Assembly (NCBI GenBank): GCA_964573625.1
Contig: CAZNJU010000001.1
Location: 256,661-320,660 of the forward strand
Source: Candidatus Woesearchaeota archaeon
Lineage (GTDB): Archaea; Nanobdellota; Nanobdellia; Pacearchaeales; GW2011-AR1
Direction: 5' to 3'
DNA: 64,000 bases
Under the pieces are notes generated by a model that made no database searches, was not told where the DNA came from, and worked only from the letters and a program-made list of their open reading frames with translations. The translations under genes and the position numbers were made by a program. Shown in pieces: positions 47,248 to 57,217 of this stretch. How positions within the stretch are numbered: position 1 is the first letter of the stretch; each line of letters opens with the position of its first letter.

Positions 47248-47715
47248 TTAAACTCTTCGACCTCGTTTGCCTCCTTTCTTCTTAGGACCGCCACGTGGGA
47301 CGCGGGTGGTTTCGATAATACTAATTATTTTGAATCCTTCCTTAGCAAGGGTCTTTACTGCAGCATGTCCACCTGGACCAGCACCAATTGAATTTGTTTG
47401 AGCACGAGTTCTGATATATAGACTTGTCAATCCAAGATCTCTTGCGCGTTCAGCAGCTCGTTTTGCGACGAACATTGCAGTAGTTGGATTAGCCTTTAAT
47501 CTGCTTTGCTTAGTAACCATTCCACCGCTAACACGTGAGATAGTGTTTCCCGCCAGATCAGTTATGTGCACAATCGTATTATTGAATGATGTGTAAATAT
47601 AAGCGATTCCAGCACGCTCTTCCTTTTCAGAAATTACAGGCCCTTCCATTTCAGGCATGACTTTCGTTTCGGCAGTTTCTTCCTTCTTTACTTCTTCAGT
47701 CTTATGTTCGCTCAT
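47248..47715 (-). CDS. rps11: 30S ribosomal protein S11 (uS11)
   Basis: SFNNTIVHITD, GPGG, GGKRGRRV. Confidence 0.96.
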   Translation of the reverse strand: MSEHKTEEVKKEETAETKVMPEMEGPVISEKEERAGIAYIYTSFNNTIVHITDLAGNTISRVSGGMVTKQSRLKANPTTAMFVAKRAAERARDLGLTSLYIRTRAQTNSIGAGPGGHAAVKTLAKEGFKIISIIETTRVPRGGPKKKGGKRGRRV

Positions 47716-48197
47716 TGTGCAGCCTCCGCAGGAACTGGTTTAGCCTTAGGTGTTGTAGCTCGAATAGTGATAATATTTTCTTCATTAACCTGTACAATAT
47801 ATCCAGGAGCGCTAACAACTTTTCCACCAATTGAAACTCGCTTATGAGAAATCATTTGACGCGCTTGCTTAGGTGTTGTAGCAAGTCCCTTCTTAATAAG
47901 GATCATTCCAAGGCGTCTCTGGAAAAGATTTTCTTTAGTAAGTGCAAGAACATCAGCAATCGACTTAACTTCCAAGCCTACTTTGTTAAGTTTAGCGAAA
48001 AACATTTGTTGATCTTTATTATCAGCAGTGATAAGCTTTTTGGCTCGAGTTCTGAGGTATCTGACGCGTGATTCTGTTTTCCAAATTTCTCGCTTATTCT
48101 TCAAACCATATTTTTCAACAAGCTTATTTTCCTCAGAGATTCTATCAATGTCGTACAATTTTCGAGGCCAGGAGAACTTCTTATGCTTTCTTATCAT
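47712..48197 (-). CDS. rps4: 30S ribosomal protein S4 (uS4)
   Basis: YGLKNKREIW, QARQMISH. Confidence 0.96.
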   Translation of the reverse strand: MIRKHKKFSWPRKLYDIDRISEENKLVEKYGLKNKREIWKTESRVRYLRTRAKKLITADNKDQQMFFAKLNKVGLEVKSIADVLALTKENLFQRRLGMILIKKGLATTPKQARQMISHKRVSIGGKVVSAPGYIVQVNEENIITIRATTPKAKPVPAEAAQ

Positions 48198-48705
48198 TCT
48201 TCTTTACCCCCACTGCCTTTCTTTTCGCTCTGAAGTGGCTTCTCGTGCGCTGACCGCGTACAGGTTGCCCTGCAGCATGTCGCATACCTTTGTAGCTCTT
48301 CATCTTCTTCATGCGTTTTATATCGAATTCTTTGACAATATCCAAGTCGTTCGTCAGAAGGTGCTTGTGTTCACCAGCATCAAGATCAGATCTTCGATTC
48401 ATCATGTAAACAGGAAGCTTAAGATTTTTGAGTTCGTGTTCAATCTTACCAATCAACTCTTTTCCAAGATCAGAAACTTTCATTCGCTTGTCTAGTTTTA
48501 GATTATAACAAATAATATTTGCAACGGCCCAAGAAACGCCCTTAACTTTAGTCAATCCAACATACACATTTTTGCTTGCAGGGATGTCTTGACCAAAAAT
48601 TCTTACAAGTGCCTCGCTATGTTCTTCCTGAGGTCTTTTTTTAACAGCTTCAGGCTGTTGCTCAGGTTGTTTATTCTTTGTTTGTTTTTGTTCTTTCTTT
48701 TCCAT
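48181..48705 (-). CDS. rps13: 30S ribosomal protein S13 (uS13)
   Basis: SYKGMRHAAGQPVRGQRT. Confidence 0.96.
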   Translation of the reverse strand: MEKKEQKQTKNKQPEQQPEAVKKRPQEEHSEALVRIFGQDIPASKNVYVGLTKVKGVSWAVANIICYNLKLDKRMKVSDLGKELIGKIEHELKNLKLPVYMMNRRSDLDAGEHKHLLTNDLDIVKEFDIKRMKKMKSYKGMRHAAGQPVRGQRTRSHFRAKRKAVGVKKNDKKA

Positions 48706-48706
48706 A

Positions 48707-49246
48707 TTATCCTATAAAGAGTCTATGCCGCTGGTCTTCCGTAATCTCTTCCATGAGTCTTTTCTCAATGGCTTTTCGAGGATCTGGAATACCATTCGCG
48801 CGCTGCCGAATATCGTCGAACGACTCAAACGGCTTCTGCTCGCGTGCAGTAAGGATCTCTTGCATATGTTTTTTTCCGAAACCAGGAAGCAATTCAAGCT
48901 GATGTAATCGGGTGTTAATGGCTCGAGCGTTGTTAAAGAACATGACAAATTCTTTCTCTCGCTCCCCAACAACCTTCACAAGGAAGTCTTGAAGTTGGAT
49001 CTTCGCTGTTTCTGTAAGCTTTGCGTATGAAAGCCTACCTACGATGTAGTATACCTTATCTCTCTTTTCGGGACCTATATAAACCTTTTCTTGTGTCGTA
49101 AACGTTGCGCCTCTAACGGGAGACAATTCAAGAAGTGTTAAATGCGTTTCACCGATAGCCTGAACTACAGGCGTTCGTCTACCTTCTAGAGGATACCCAT
49201 ACGGTAAGTAATCTAGAACAATTGCATGATCGTCTTTCTTTCTCAT
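48707..49246 (-). CDS. DUF655 family protein
   Basis: VLDYLPYG, RLHQLELLPGFGKK; canonical rpl21e-rpoF-DUF655 order. Confidence 0.92.
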   Translation of the reverse strand: MRKKDDHAIVLDYLPYGYPLEGRRTPVVQAIGETHLTLLELSPVRGATFTTQEKVYIGPEKRDKVYYIVGRLSYAKLTETAKIQLQDFLVKVVGEREKEFVMFFNNARAINTRLHQLELLPGFGKKHMQEILTAREQKPFESFDDIRQRANGIPDPRKAIEKRLMEEITEDQRHRLFIG

Positions 49247-49248
49247 GT

Positions 49249-49548
49249 TCAGTAGTTTTTGACAATGTCAAGGACGGCATTGGTTTCGCTCTCTTCAAAA
49301 GAGACGTCATGGAATATCTTGTGAACTTGCTCGCTGTCACGAGGTAGAAAGTCTACAATTTTCGCAATATGTTCTTCGCTGATCTTCACATTTGCAAGCG
49401 CTCTAATTTCATCAGCAAGTTTATGCGCTTTTTCCTGAGAAAGATTTCCAAATTTTTTCAAGTAGTCTTCAAGAGCTTTCTTTTCGCTCACATCGCCAGC
49501 TAGGTGCTGTACTTCAGCAAGGGTTAAAGGTTTCATTGATAATATCAT
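49249..49548 (-). CDS. rpoF: RNA polymerase subunit F (Rpo4)
   Basis: PLTLAEV, KIVDFLP; gene context. Confidence 0.88.
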   Translation of the reverse strand: MILSMKPLTLAEVQHLAGDVSEKKALEDYLKKFGNLSQEKAHKLADEIRALANVKISEEHIAKIVDFLPRDSEQVHKIFHDVSFEESETNAVLDIVKNY

Positions 49549-49805
49549 TGGGTTACAGTTATCTTCTTAAGATGAATAGGTTTGACCGTAAAATGCTTGG
49601 TAGCATTATAGTCTTTTACTGAAACAACATAGGCTGCTCCACGCTTCTCAATAACAACGCCTGTTTTGCCTTGCATACGCTTAGGAAAAGAGGTTTTAAA
49701 GCTCAAATCTCGAACAAGCGCGACTGAGTCTCCAGCTTTTAGGGGCTGAAAGTAGCGACTGAATGCAATTTTCCCGCGTTCACTTAGTTTTTTCCGTTTT
49801 AACAT
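49545..49805 (-). CDS. rpl21e: 50S ribosomal protein L21e
   Basis: PKRMQGKTGVV, PIHLK. Confidence 0.93.
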   Translation of the reverse strand: MLKRKKLSERGKIAFSRYFQPLKAGDSVALVRDLSFKTSFPKRMQGKTGVVIEKRGAAYVVSVKDYNATKHFTVKPIHLKKITVTQ

Positions 49806-49848
49806 AGCAATACCTCAGAACACTACTTTAAAAAGCTTTCCTCAAGAA

Positions 49849-50022
49849 TTATTCGCCGACAGAGCCTTGGAACAAGTCGCCCTTTTCTTTAGCGCTATCC
49901 ATATTAGTCTTAATAGCATTGAACATTTTATCTCCCCAGATACCATGACCGCATCGGTCACAGACTTCAAATGCACGATCATCGCTTATCGCGCTCTTAC
50001 AAAATCCACATTTCTTCACCAT
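49849..50022 (-). CDS. Small zinc-finger protein (57 aa)
   Basis: Manually translated MVKKCGFC...VCDRCGHGIWGDKMFNAI...; two CxxC pairs; not in ORF track. Confidence 0.65.
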   Translation of the reverse strand: MVKKCGFCKSAISDDRAFEVCDRCGHGIWGDKMFNAIKTNMDSAKEKGDLFQGSVGE

Positions 50023-50080
50023 TTTTATTCCTCTTTCTTTTGGTACATTTATTATTTATAAATGTTTATGTGTCCGATCG

Positions 50081-51292
50081 CTATTCATATCTAAGTGCTT
50101 TAACCGGTCGCACTTTGGAAGCTTGCCACGCAGGTAATACTCCTGAAACTGCACCGACAACAAATGCAAATGCAAGGCATCCTACAAAGAGATACCACGG
50201 AGCCGCGGCCTGAAGAAGATCAGTTCCTAAAATGCTGTTAGCAATTAATGAAATAAGTTCGCTGATTCCCCAACCCAGTAATACTCCGATAGTCCCTCCA
50301 AGCATTCCAAGCAACCCGGATTCAATAAGAAATATGATGAGAATATCTGCATTTCGAGCACCAACTGCTTTCATCACTCCAATCTCCTTTGTTCTTTCTA
50401 ACACCGAAGTATACATCGTATTCATAATCCCCACACCTCCAACAATAAGTGATATTCCTGCAACAGCTGTGAGGAAAAGAGTAATGATGTCTAAGATAGA
50501 TCCGAAACTATTGAGCAATTCTTCAGGAGTCAATATCGCGAAATCTTTAGTATCTTCAGTAACTCCTCGTGTAGAGAGAAGTTTTTTCTCAACACGCTTA
50601 GCAACTTCCTTGACATCTGCACCCGGATTGATTTGAACAATTACTTGATCAACACGATCGGTATTATTATAGAGCGTTTTAAAGTCGTCAAGAGACATGT
50701 AAATGAGCTTATCATCGACGGGATTTCCAATAGTCTTCAATATTCCTTTAACTTTGAAAGATACGCCATTAATCAAAATGTTATTTCCTTCAGAAATCGG
50801 AATTTTAAACACTGTGCCTTCGCCATATTTACTTCCAAGCATTACTTTTCCAACGTCGCCCCTCTGCAGAAGTTTTCCTTGAGACGCCTCATAAGAACCA
50901 GCTTCTTCGAGTACTTTTGATTTATCAAGGGGATACCCTATGACTTGCAAGAATCTTTTCTCGCTTCTAAAAGTAACTTCGGCATTTCCAACCGCATCAT
51001 ACGAAATATCTTTCACGCCAGAAACTCGTTCAATGGTATTTATGTCAGAAATGGTAAGCTCAGCAGCCCCACCGCTTCCAGGTCCTGCAATTTGCCCGCC
51101 AGGCTGAATGAAAAATTTGTCTGTTCCAAACGCTCTAAACTCTTCAGTTACAGCGTTCTGCAATCCGACAGACATGCTTACCAAAACGAAAATAGTGGCT
51201 ATCGAAATGAAAATACCTAACATAGTTAACCACGATCGGAGTTTTCGTTTCTTCAAATTGCGTATTCCTAAAACAATGTAATCACGAATCAT
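50081..51292 (-). CDS. MacB/FtsX-family ABC transporter permease
   Basis: RSWLTMLGIFI, GIMNTMYTSVLERTKEIGVMKAVGA. Confidence 0.92.
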   Translation of the reverse strand: MIRDYIVLGIRNLKKRKLRSWLTMLGIFISIATIFVLVSMSVGLQNAVTEEFRAFGTDKFFIQPGGQIAGPGSGGAAELTISDINTIERVSGVKDISYDAVGNAEVTFRSEKRFLQVIGYPLDKSKVLEEAGSYEASQGKLLQRGDVGKVMLGSKYGEGTVFKIPISEGNNILINGVSFKVKGILKTIGNPVDDKLIYMSLDDFKTLYNNTDRVDQVIVQINPGADVKEVAKRVEKKLLSTRGVTEDTKDFAILTPEELLNSFGSILDIITLFLTAVAGISLIVGGVGIMNTMYTSVLERTKEIGVMKAVGARNADILIIFLIESGLLGMLGGTIGVLLGWGISELISLIANSILGTDLLQAAAPWYLFVGCLAFAFVVGAVSGVLPAWQASKVRPVKALRYE

Positions 51293-52503
51293 CTTCTAAA
51301 TGCCTCCACAGGTTTCAATCGAGCTGCTTGAAGAGAAGGCAGTAATCCGGAGAGCACTCCAATGAGGAATGAGAAAAGAATGACTCCAAAAACGAGCGGC
51401 CACGAAATAGTTATGGCTAGCAAATTGCTTCCGAGCGCCTTTGCTGCAAGTGACGAAATACCGAATGCGATGAAGAGACCCATAGCAGAGCCAATAATTC
51501 CCCCCACGAGGCCTAATAAACCAGATTCAATGACAAAAATAAGAAGTACTCTCGAGTTTCGAGCACCAACCGCTTTCATCACTCCAATCTCCTTTGTTCT
51601 TTCTAACACAGAAGTGTACATCGTATTCATAATTCCTACACCTCCAACAATCAGCGAAATGAATGCGATTCCCACAACAATAACATTAATTACGGTTAAA
51701 ACGGTGTTGATTGTAGAGAGTGCCTGAATGGGTGTTTGAACCGTAAAATCTTCTTCATCAGGTTTTTCATTTCTGTCTCTGCGTAGTTTTTCCTCAATAG
51801 ATTTAGCTACCATCTCAACATTGTTTTTATTCTGAACACGAGCAACGATTAAGTCAAATTCGTCATCAAGATCAAGTAATTGCTTAAGATCTCTTTCACT
51901 CATCAAAATAGCCTGATTAATTTGGAAGCTTCCTGCAGGTTTTAAAATTCCTACAACTTCAAAATCCGTTCCTTGTAAAGTAACATGTCTTCCAACCGTT
52001 ATAGATCTTCCAAATGAGTCATCCGTAAAGCTGCTACCAAGAACAACTTTTCCAGCATCTCCAGCACGAAGCAATCGGCCTTTATCCGGTCGCAAATCCA
52101 TTATAGAATTGATAACATCAACTTTGGCTTGATCATCGGGAATAGTAACTACAAACTGAAATTGAGCTTTCTTATTATATTCCATTTTGAGTACACGGAG
52201 TAAACGCGGAATAACCATAGAAACACCTGGAACATTTGCGATAAGCTGTACATCGTGATCGGTTAATTTAGTGATTGCGGTGCTTCCCGGAGGTCCGAAA
52301 CTTGTCTGTGCATTCTGAATTACAAGTGTGTCAGCCGAAAGACTCGAAAATTGCGCAGTCACAGCACTCTGCAAACCCTGTCCTAATGAAATAAGTGCAA
52401 CTATCGTGGCGATGCCTATGAAAATACCTAACATCGTCAACCACGATCGCAAACCTCTATGCTTGAGATTTTGAACAGCTAATGAGAAATAATCACGAAT
52501 CAT
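51289..52503 (-). CDS. MacB/FtsX-family ABC transporter permease
   Basis: Paralogue of the preceding gene; same motifs. Confidence 0.92.
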   Translation of the reverse strand: MIRDYFSLAVQNLKHRGLRSWLTMLGIFIGIATIVALISLGQGLQSAVTAQFSSLSADTLVIQNAQTSFGPPGSTAITKLTDHDVQLIANVPGVSMVIPRLLRVLKMEYNKKAQFQFVVTIPDDQAKVDVINSIMDLRPDKGRLLRAGDAGKVVLGSSFTDDSFGRSITVGRHVTLQGTDFEVVGILKPAGSFQINQAILMSERDLKQLLDLDDEFDLIVARVQNKNNVEMVAKSIEEKLRRDRNEKPDEEDFTVQTPIQALSTINTVLTVINVIVVGIAFISLIVGGVGIMNTMYTSVLERTKEIGVMKAVGARNSRVLLIFVIESGLLGLVGGIIGSAMGLFIAFGISSLAAKALGSNLLAITISWPLVFGVILFSFLIGVLSGLLPSLQAARLKPVEAFRR

Positions 52504-52520
52504 AAAACGTCTTAACTATC

Positions 52521-53237
52521 TCACTTGGAAACAATTTTCCAAGTACCATTTATTTTTCTTTTAATATGCTCGACTTTCCCATCTTTTATTTGATAGACTG
52601 TGCGTACATACGCCAATGCTAACTCTGGAGAGTGTGTAACCATAATAATCGTCTTACCTTCTTTGTTAAGCTCCTGCAGAAATTTCATAACCATATTACC
52701 TGTTTTCGTATCAAGATTACCTGTAGGTTCGTCTGCAAGAATCACTTCTGGGTCATTTGCAAGCGCTCGAGCTATAGCGACACGCTGCTGTTGTCCGCCA
52801 GAAAGCTGATTAGGATAATAGTTAATTCTATCACCGAGATCAACTTTTCTCAAAAGTTTTTCAGCTCTATCTTCTCGTTCAGCTCTATCAATTCCTTGAA
52901 AAAGCATAGGTAACATCACGTTTTCTTTAGCAGTTAAATTGGGAATAAGATTGAAACTTTGAAAGATAAATCCAATTTTCTTTCCACGTATCTGCGCGAG
53001 ATCTGATTCGCTAAGCATTTCGATATTGATATTATCCAGGAAAATGGATCCCTTTGTAGCAAGATCTAAACTTCCTACAAGATTCATAGCAGTAGACTTT
53101 CCAGAGCCAGATGGACCCATAATAGCTACAAAATCTCCTTGTTCAATAGAAATGTTCATTCCATCAACAGCTTTGACGGTAGTGTCTCCCATCTCATAAT
53201 ATTTTGAGACGTTTTTTAATTGTATAATATCAGCCAT
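52521..53237 (-). CDS. ABC transporter ATP-binding protein (LolD/MacB type)
   Basis: [25 protein letters not shown]. Confidence 0.95.
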   Translation of the reverse strand: MADIIQLKNVSKYYEMGDTTVKAVDGMNISIEQGDFVAIMGPSGSGKSTAMNLVGSLDLATKGSIFLDNINIEMLSESDLAQIRGKKIGFIFQSFNLIPNLTAKENVMLPMLFQGIDRAEREDRAEKLLRKVDLGDRINYYPNQLSGGQQQRVAIARALANDPEVILADEPTGNLDTKTGNMVMKFLQELNKEGKTIIMVTHSPELALAYVRTVYQIKDGKVEHIKRKINGTWKIVSK

Positions 53238-53335
53238 ATATTTTCGTAGAGCGCTTCGCTTATAATCCTTTGTTTATCGAATCAATCGACAGTTATGAGG
53301 GCAACATTTAAAAGAGGTTTTATCATTAGGACTTT

Positions 53336-54211
53336 ATGAAAGGAAAAGTCTTATTTGTTTGTTTAGCCTTTATCTCATTGGTAAGTTTGCTCCAAGTAGC
53401 TTCTGCTTTATGTGAACCTCGCGTCTCATTGCTTAATCAGGATCCGTACCCAGCTATTCCTGGAGATTATGCTAGAATTGTGTTTCAGGTTACCGGGGTC
53501 GACAATCCAGAATGCGACACAGTTAATTTCATGCTTCAACAAGATTACCCTATAAGTCTTGATCCTGGAGCAAGCCCCTTTGTAAGTCTTAAAGGCGGAG
53601 CATATTTACTCGATTATGGGACATTTTTTCTAGTTCCTTACAAAGTAAGAATAGATCAAGACGCCTTAGATGGCAATTACACCTTAAAAGTCAATTATGG
53701 TTCAAACAATAATCCTGTCTCTCTTTATCGCACAAGCAGCTTTGATTTGATAGTCAATGATACTCATACGGACTTCGATGTGTTTGTGGATAGTTATTCA
53801 GACACAACAAAAAGTCTCACGTTAAACATTGTAAATATTGGTAAAAATGATGCAAACGCTCTAACTGTTAAACTTCCTACACAAGATGGCCTAAATGTGA
53901 CTGCCGGAAGCGATAAGACCGTCGGTAAGTTGAGCGCAACAGATGATACAACGGTTACTTTTACAGCAATTCCTTCCGGAACTAGTTCTCTTAAAGTTAG
54001 TCTTTATTACACGGATTTAATCGGAAAGCGACGCCAAGTCGATAAGATAGTTCCCTTCACAGCTAGTTCATACGCGAGTACAGAAACTGCTAAATCAAAC
54101 CTAGGGATCTACTTTTACTTGTTAATTCTCACTTGGGTTGTAGTTGCAGGATATTGGTTCTTCATTGTTCGAAGACGAAAAAAGAAGAAATTCGATTCTC
54201 TAAGAAAGTAG
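53336..54211 (+). CDS. S-layer-domain (COG1361-like) membrane-anchored protein
   Basis: Signal peptide, NQDPYPAIPG, Ig-like segments, C-terminal TM plus basic tail; divergent from the ABC operon. Confidence 0.75.
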   Translation: MKGKVLFVCLAFISLVSLLQVASALCEPRVSLLNQDPYPAIPGDYARIVFQVTGVDNPECDTVNFMLQQDYPISLDPGASPFVSLKGGAYLLDYGTFFLVPYKVRIDQDALDGNYTLKVNYGSNNNPVSLYRTSSFDLIVNDTHTDFDVFVDSYSDTTKSLTLNIVNIGKNDANALTVKLPTQDGLNVTAGSDKTVGKLSATDDTTVTFTAIPSGTSSLKVSLYYTDLIGKRRQVDKIVPFTASSYASTETAKSNLGIYFYLLILTWVVVAGYWFFIVRRRKKKKFDSLRK

Positions 54212-54266
54212 ACCTTTTCGTTACTACTGAACAAAGGTTTAAATATAGGAATTTTATTCTAAAATC

Positions 54267-55208
54267 ATGAGCGCTAAGCAACGAGTTATAAAATATCAGA
54301 ATTCTTCAGGCAGTTTTAACTTTACACGATATAAAATTCACAACAAAATCTCAGGGACAATTACCGAGTACTTGGGAGAAGTCGCTACCAATGGAAAGGA
54401 CTACCACGGAAGCAGAAAACTGACAGACCGCCATGCGATAATTCAACAAAAACTCAATGAATTTGCAAATCGAACGTATTCCAACGAAACTGAAAAATCG
54501 GAAGCACTCCAAGAGCTTGATCGTGTTTCAGAAGTCCTCTCAATGACGTTATATAGGAATAGTTCCATGAAGAGCAAGAAATACGCGCATCTTCTTCAAG
54601 AAACTAAAGAAAAAATTACATCAATTACTCAACTATTGCGACCTGTTCAAAACTCTTCTCTTGAAGAAAGCATTTCTCCACTAGCAGACTCTGGAACGTC
54701 TACTTACATTCCTCAGATCTCGGGTCCTGCACCCATGTTTGTCCAGTTGAACAACGCACTCCAGACACGCCGAGAACTTGGTAATTCAATCCCTATTTCC
54801 CCCGAATTGCAGTCAAAATGGAATTTGTTAAATGCTTCTTACCAACGAGCACAGTTGGAAGGAAAAATAAAACATCCTCTCAATCATCAATATGATGTAG
54901 GTATGGCCCTCCTGGCCTTTAGTGGTAAAACTCAAGAAGAACACGTTAAGCAATATGAAAAAAAACCGGTTACCGTTGCCTCAAACTCACGATTTGTAAT
55001 CAAAAGACCAGCCCTCAGATTAGCAGGAGTAGCCGCAGGAGTAATTATGACTTTGAGCGGAGTTATTGCTGGTCTCTCACTAACTCCTCAGTCCTCAAGT
55101 AAACCAACGGCAAAAGACAGAACACCCTTTATCCAAACGCCTGCTCCAACAGGTAGAGCTGATCAGTATAACTCTAATTCTTCAAAAGCAACGCTATCTC
55201 TAAAATAA
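54267..55208 (+). CDS. Hypothetical protein with C-terminal TM
   Basis: 313-aa ORF. Confidence 0.55.
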   Translation: MSAKQRVIKYQNSSGSFNFTRYKIHNKISGTITEYLGEVATNGKDYHGSRKLTDRHAIIQQKLNEFANRTYSNETEKSEALQELDRVSEVLSMTLYRNSSMKSKKYAHLLQETKEKITSITQLLRPVQNSSLEESISPLADSGTSTYIPQISGPAPMFVQLNNALQTRRELGNSIPISPELQSKWNLLNASYQRAQLEGKIKHPLNHQYDVGMALLAFSGKTQEEHVKQYEKKPVTVASNSRFVIKRPALRLAGVAAGVIMTLSGVIAGLSLTPQSSSKPTAKDRTPFIQTPAPTGRADQYNSNSSKATLSLK

Positions 55209-55250
55209 TAACACCTTAACATTTAAAAACCCCGAAACGCCACTACTACC

Positions 55251-55448
55251 ATGATTATACCTGTTCGATGTTTCAGTTGCGGTAAACCTATCGCGCATCT
55301 TTGGGAAGAATACAAGCGACGCACGCAGGCTGGCGAAGAAGCCGGAAAAGTTCTTACTGATCTTGGTCTTACCAGATACTGCTGCAGAGCTGCATTACTA
55401 GGCCATGCTGATATGTTGCCTGAAATTACTAAGTTCAAGAAATCTTAA
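55251..55448 (+). CDS. rpoN: RNA polymerase subunit N (Rpo10)
   Basis: MIIPVRCFSCGK...RYCCR. Confidence 0.97.
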   Translation: MIIPVRCFSCGKPIAHLWEEYKRRTQAGEEAGKVLTDLGLTRYCCRAALLGHADMLPEITKFKKS

Positions 55449-55483
55449 ATAAATTATAAATATCCTGTTCTCTTTGTTCCTAC

Positions 55484-55666
55484 ATGAGAGAGGAAATCTA
55501 TCAACCATTATCTAGCGAAGATCTACGAGAGATCATAGGAAAGGCTAAGTCTGATTATCTAACAAGTCCCGAATACCTTGCTAGACAAGTACAAAGAAAA
55601 GAAATGCAGAAAAGATTAGAACCTTACAGAGATCGAAGTTTAAATCGACTTATTGTGACTGATTAA
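55484..55666 (+). CDS. Hypothetical protein
   Basis: 60-aa ORF with upstream TATA-like box. Confidence 0.35.
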   Translation: MREEIYQPLSSEDLREIIGKAKSDYLTSPEYLARQVQRKEMQKRLEPYRDRSLNRLIVTD

Positions 55667-55912
55667 TCTTAATTTATTAACAAATTCACATCTTGCACAA
55701 GTTATCATTACATGAGTTTTAGTTACTCTTCTATTGCTATTTGATAAGTCATTATAGCATTTCTTGCAGAATCGCGCCCGATACTTTCCAATGCGTATCT
55801 TGTGCTGCATCGCGAGGCGTTTTATCTTTCTGATCTCTAAAGGTTGAAAAGAAGTCTTCTGAAAAAAAGCCTCGATAGTCTTCATTGCTTCTGTTTTAGA
55901 AGGTTTATTCAT
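55640..55912 (-). CDS. rnp4: RNase P protein subunit Rpp21-like
   Basis: KRLAMQHKIRI...FCKKC...ITCARC zinc ribbon. Confidence 0.75.
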   Translation of the reverse strand: MNKPSKTEAMKTIEAFFQKTSFQPLEIRKIKRLAMQHKIRIGKYRARFCKKCYNDLSNSNRRVTKTHVMITCARCEFVNKLRLISHNKSI

Positions 55913-55952
55913 AAGGAAAGAAAGTCAGTTCCCTATTAATAAGTGAGTATAA

Positions 55953-56068
55953 CGAAGACAGCATCCGTGTTTCGCCTCTTGACGGAGACTACCGCACAAG
56001 ACGTCATCAGCTTGACTTCTGTGTTCGGAATGGGAACAGGTATTTCCTGATGACTGTGACCGTCTTCA
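55953..56068 (-). rRNA. rrf: 5S rRNA
   Basis: Minus strand GAAGACGGTCACAG...CCCATTCCGAACACAGAAGTCAAGC...GCTGTCTTC; paired ends; about 116 nt. Confidence 0.93.
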
Positions 56069-56118
56069 ATCCATCATCATACCAACCATTTAAAAAGGTT
56101 TCGTTACACGAGCAAGAC

Positions 56119-56682
56119 ATGAACTATTCAATTATAGGAATAAATGGTCTACCCGGAGCAGGGAAATCCAAGCTTATTAAGAGATTACTTAGCCTTGAAG
56201 AATTCTCATCCTGGAAAGGAATTTCAACAGGCGATATTCTAAGAAAAGATCATGCTCGTCTATGGAAGGACGGCCTATTCGGAGGAAATTTTCAAAGATA
56301 TCTCGCAAGTCTAACTGATAAAGATATTCGAGAATTCAATGCAAAAATACGATGCATGACTGATAAAGGTCAATGGGTTATGGACTCAAGATATGTTATA
56401 GAAAATTGCAGAAGCCGTACAGACACAGCATATGTATTTTTGACTGCCCCATTGGAAGTACGTGTCCATAGAAAAGTGCAAGAATCAGAAGGCAAGTTGT
56501 CTCCGCATGAAGTACAACGAGATTTGCTTGGAAGAGAAGCGTGGGAACTTACAACGGGCAAGCGCTTGTATAATTACGATTACCGCGTTACTAAAGATTA
56601 TCATCTTGTATTAGATACAAGCAAGATGGGAATTAACGCTGAAGCGAAAGCTATTCTCTCTCTTGTCAATAGGAATCTTTAA
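56119..56682 (+). CDS. cmk: Cytidylate kinase (archaeal type)
   Basis: GLPGAGKS, STGDILR, FLTAPLEVR, YHLVLDT; start trimmed to exclude the 5S rRNA. Confidence 0.8.
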   Translation: MNYSIIGINGLPGAGKSKLIKRLLSLEEFSSWKGISTGDILRKDHARLWKDGLFGGNFQRYLASLTDKDIREFNAKIRCMTDKGQWVMDSRYVIENCRSRTDTAYVFLTAPLEVRVHRKVQESEGKLSPHEVQRDLLGREAWELTTGKRLYNYDYRVTKDYHLVLDTSKMGINAEAKAILSLVNRNL

Positions 56683-56708
56683 AACTCTCTTTTTGTCTTT
56701 ATTTTAAC

Positions 56709-56792
56709 GCGGGGATGCCGGAGCGGTCAAACGGGACAGACTCAAGATCTGTTGGCTTAGCGCCTTCAGAGGTTCGAATCCTCTTCCCCGCA
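56709..56792 (+). tRNA. tRNA-Leu(CAA)
   Basis: Cloverleaf; ACAGA-CTCAAGA-TCTGT; long variable arm. Confidence 0.95.
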
Positions 56793-56793
56793 T

Positions 56794-57075
56794 GTGGTTA
56801 TAGTTGTTGAAGACCTACGGCTTCATCTGTCGAGAGAAGGAATACTCCTTGATGATGTCTCTCTGATAGAAGCTGTACGTTTCAAAGGAATTTATTCTAT
56901 TGCGGAAGTTAGAGAAATAATGCTAGATACCGCTGCTCTAAAGACGAGACAACTAGAGAAAATTATTGTTGGGATGACTGACATAATTCCCAAAGGCACA
57001 CACTCGTATTTTATCAAATTGAGTAATAAGAAACAATACGTATGGCCTGCCTGGTATTCAATGAATAGGTTTTAA
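56794..57075 (+). CDS. Hypothetical protein
   Basis: 93-aa ORF with GTG start between tRNAs. Confidence 0.35.
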   Translation: MVIVVEDLRLHLSREGILLDDVSLIEAVRFKGIYSIAEVREIMLDTAALKTRQLEKIIVGMTDIIPKGTHSYFIKLSNKKQYVWPAWYSMNRF

Positions 57076-57100
57076 ACATCTAATCCTGTACAATTTATAT

Positions 57101-57175
57101 GCGCCCGTAGCTCAGCCCGGATAGAGCAATGGGGTCCTAACCCGGAGGTCGTAGGTTCAAATCCTATCGGGCGCG
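57101..57175 (+). tRNA. tRNA-Arg(CCT)
   Basis: GCGCCCG...CGGGCGCG acceptor; loop GTCCTAA; GTTCAAATC T-loop; imperfect top of anticodon stem. Confidence 0.85.
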
Positions 57176-57217
57176 CTCTGCAAAGCTTTAAAACTCCCTA
57201 GTAGATAATTCCCGTAA

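Noticed and set aside
46804..47391. 195-aa plus-strand ORF and similar antisense ORFs across the window
   Set aside because: They are shadow ORFs opposite well-supported genes and have no recognisable motifs
50352..51651. Possible DGR template/variable repeat pair
   Set aside because: The mismatches are not adenine-specific and both copies encode the same conserved permease motif
56050..56118. N-terminal extension of cmk in the ORF track
   Set aside because: It overlaps the 5S rRNA 5' end and the divergent promoter region
46437..56792. Shared 27-nt 5' sequence of the two tRNA-Leu genes as att sites of an integrated element
   Set aside because: Both are complete tRNAs in opposite orientation and the DNA between them is core housekeeping genes
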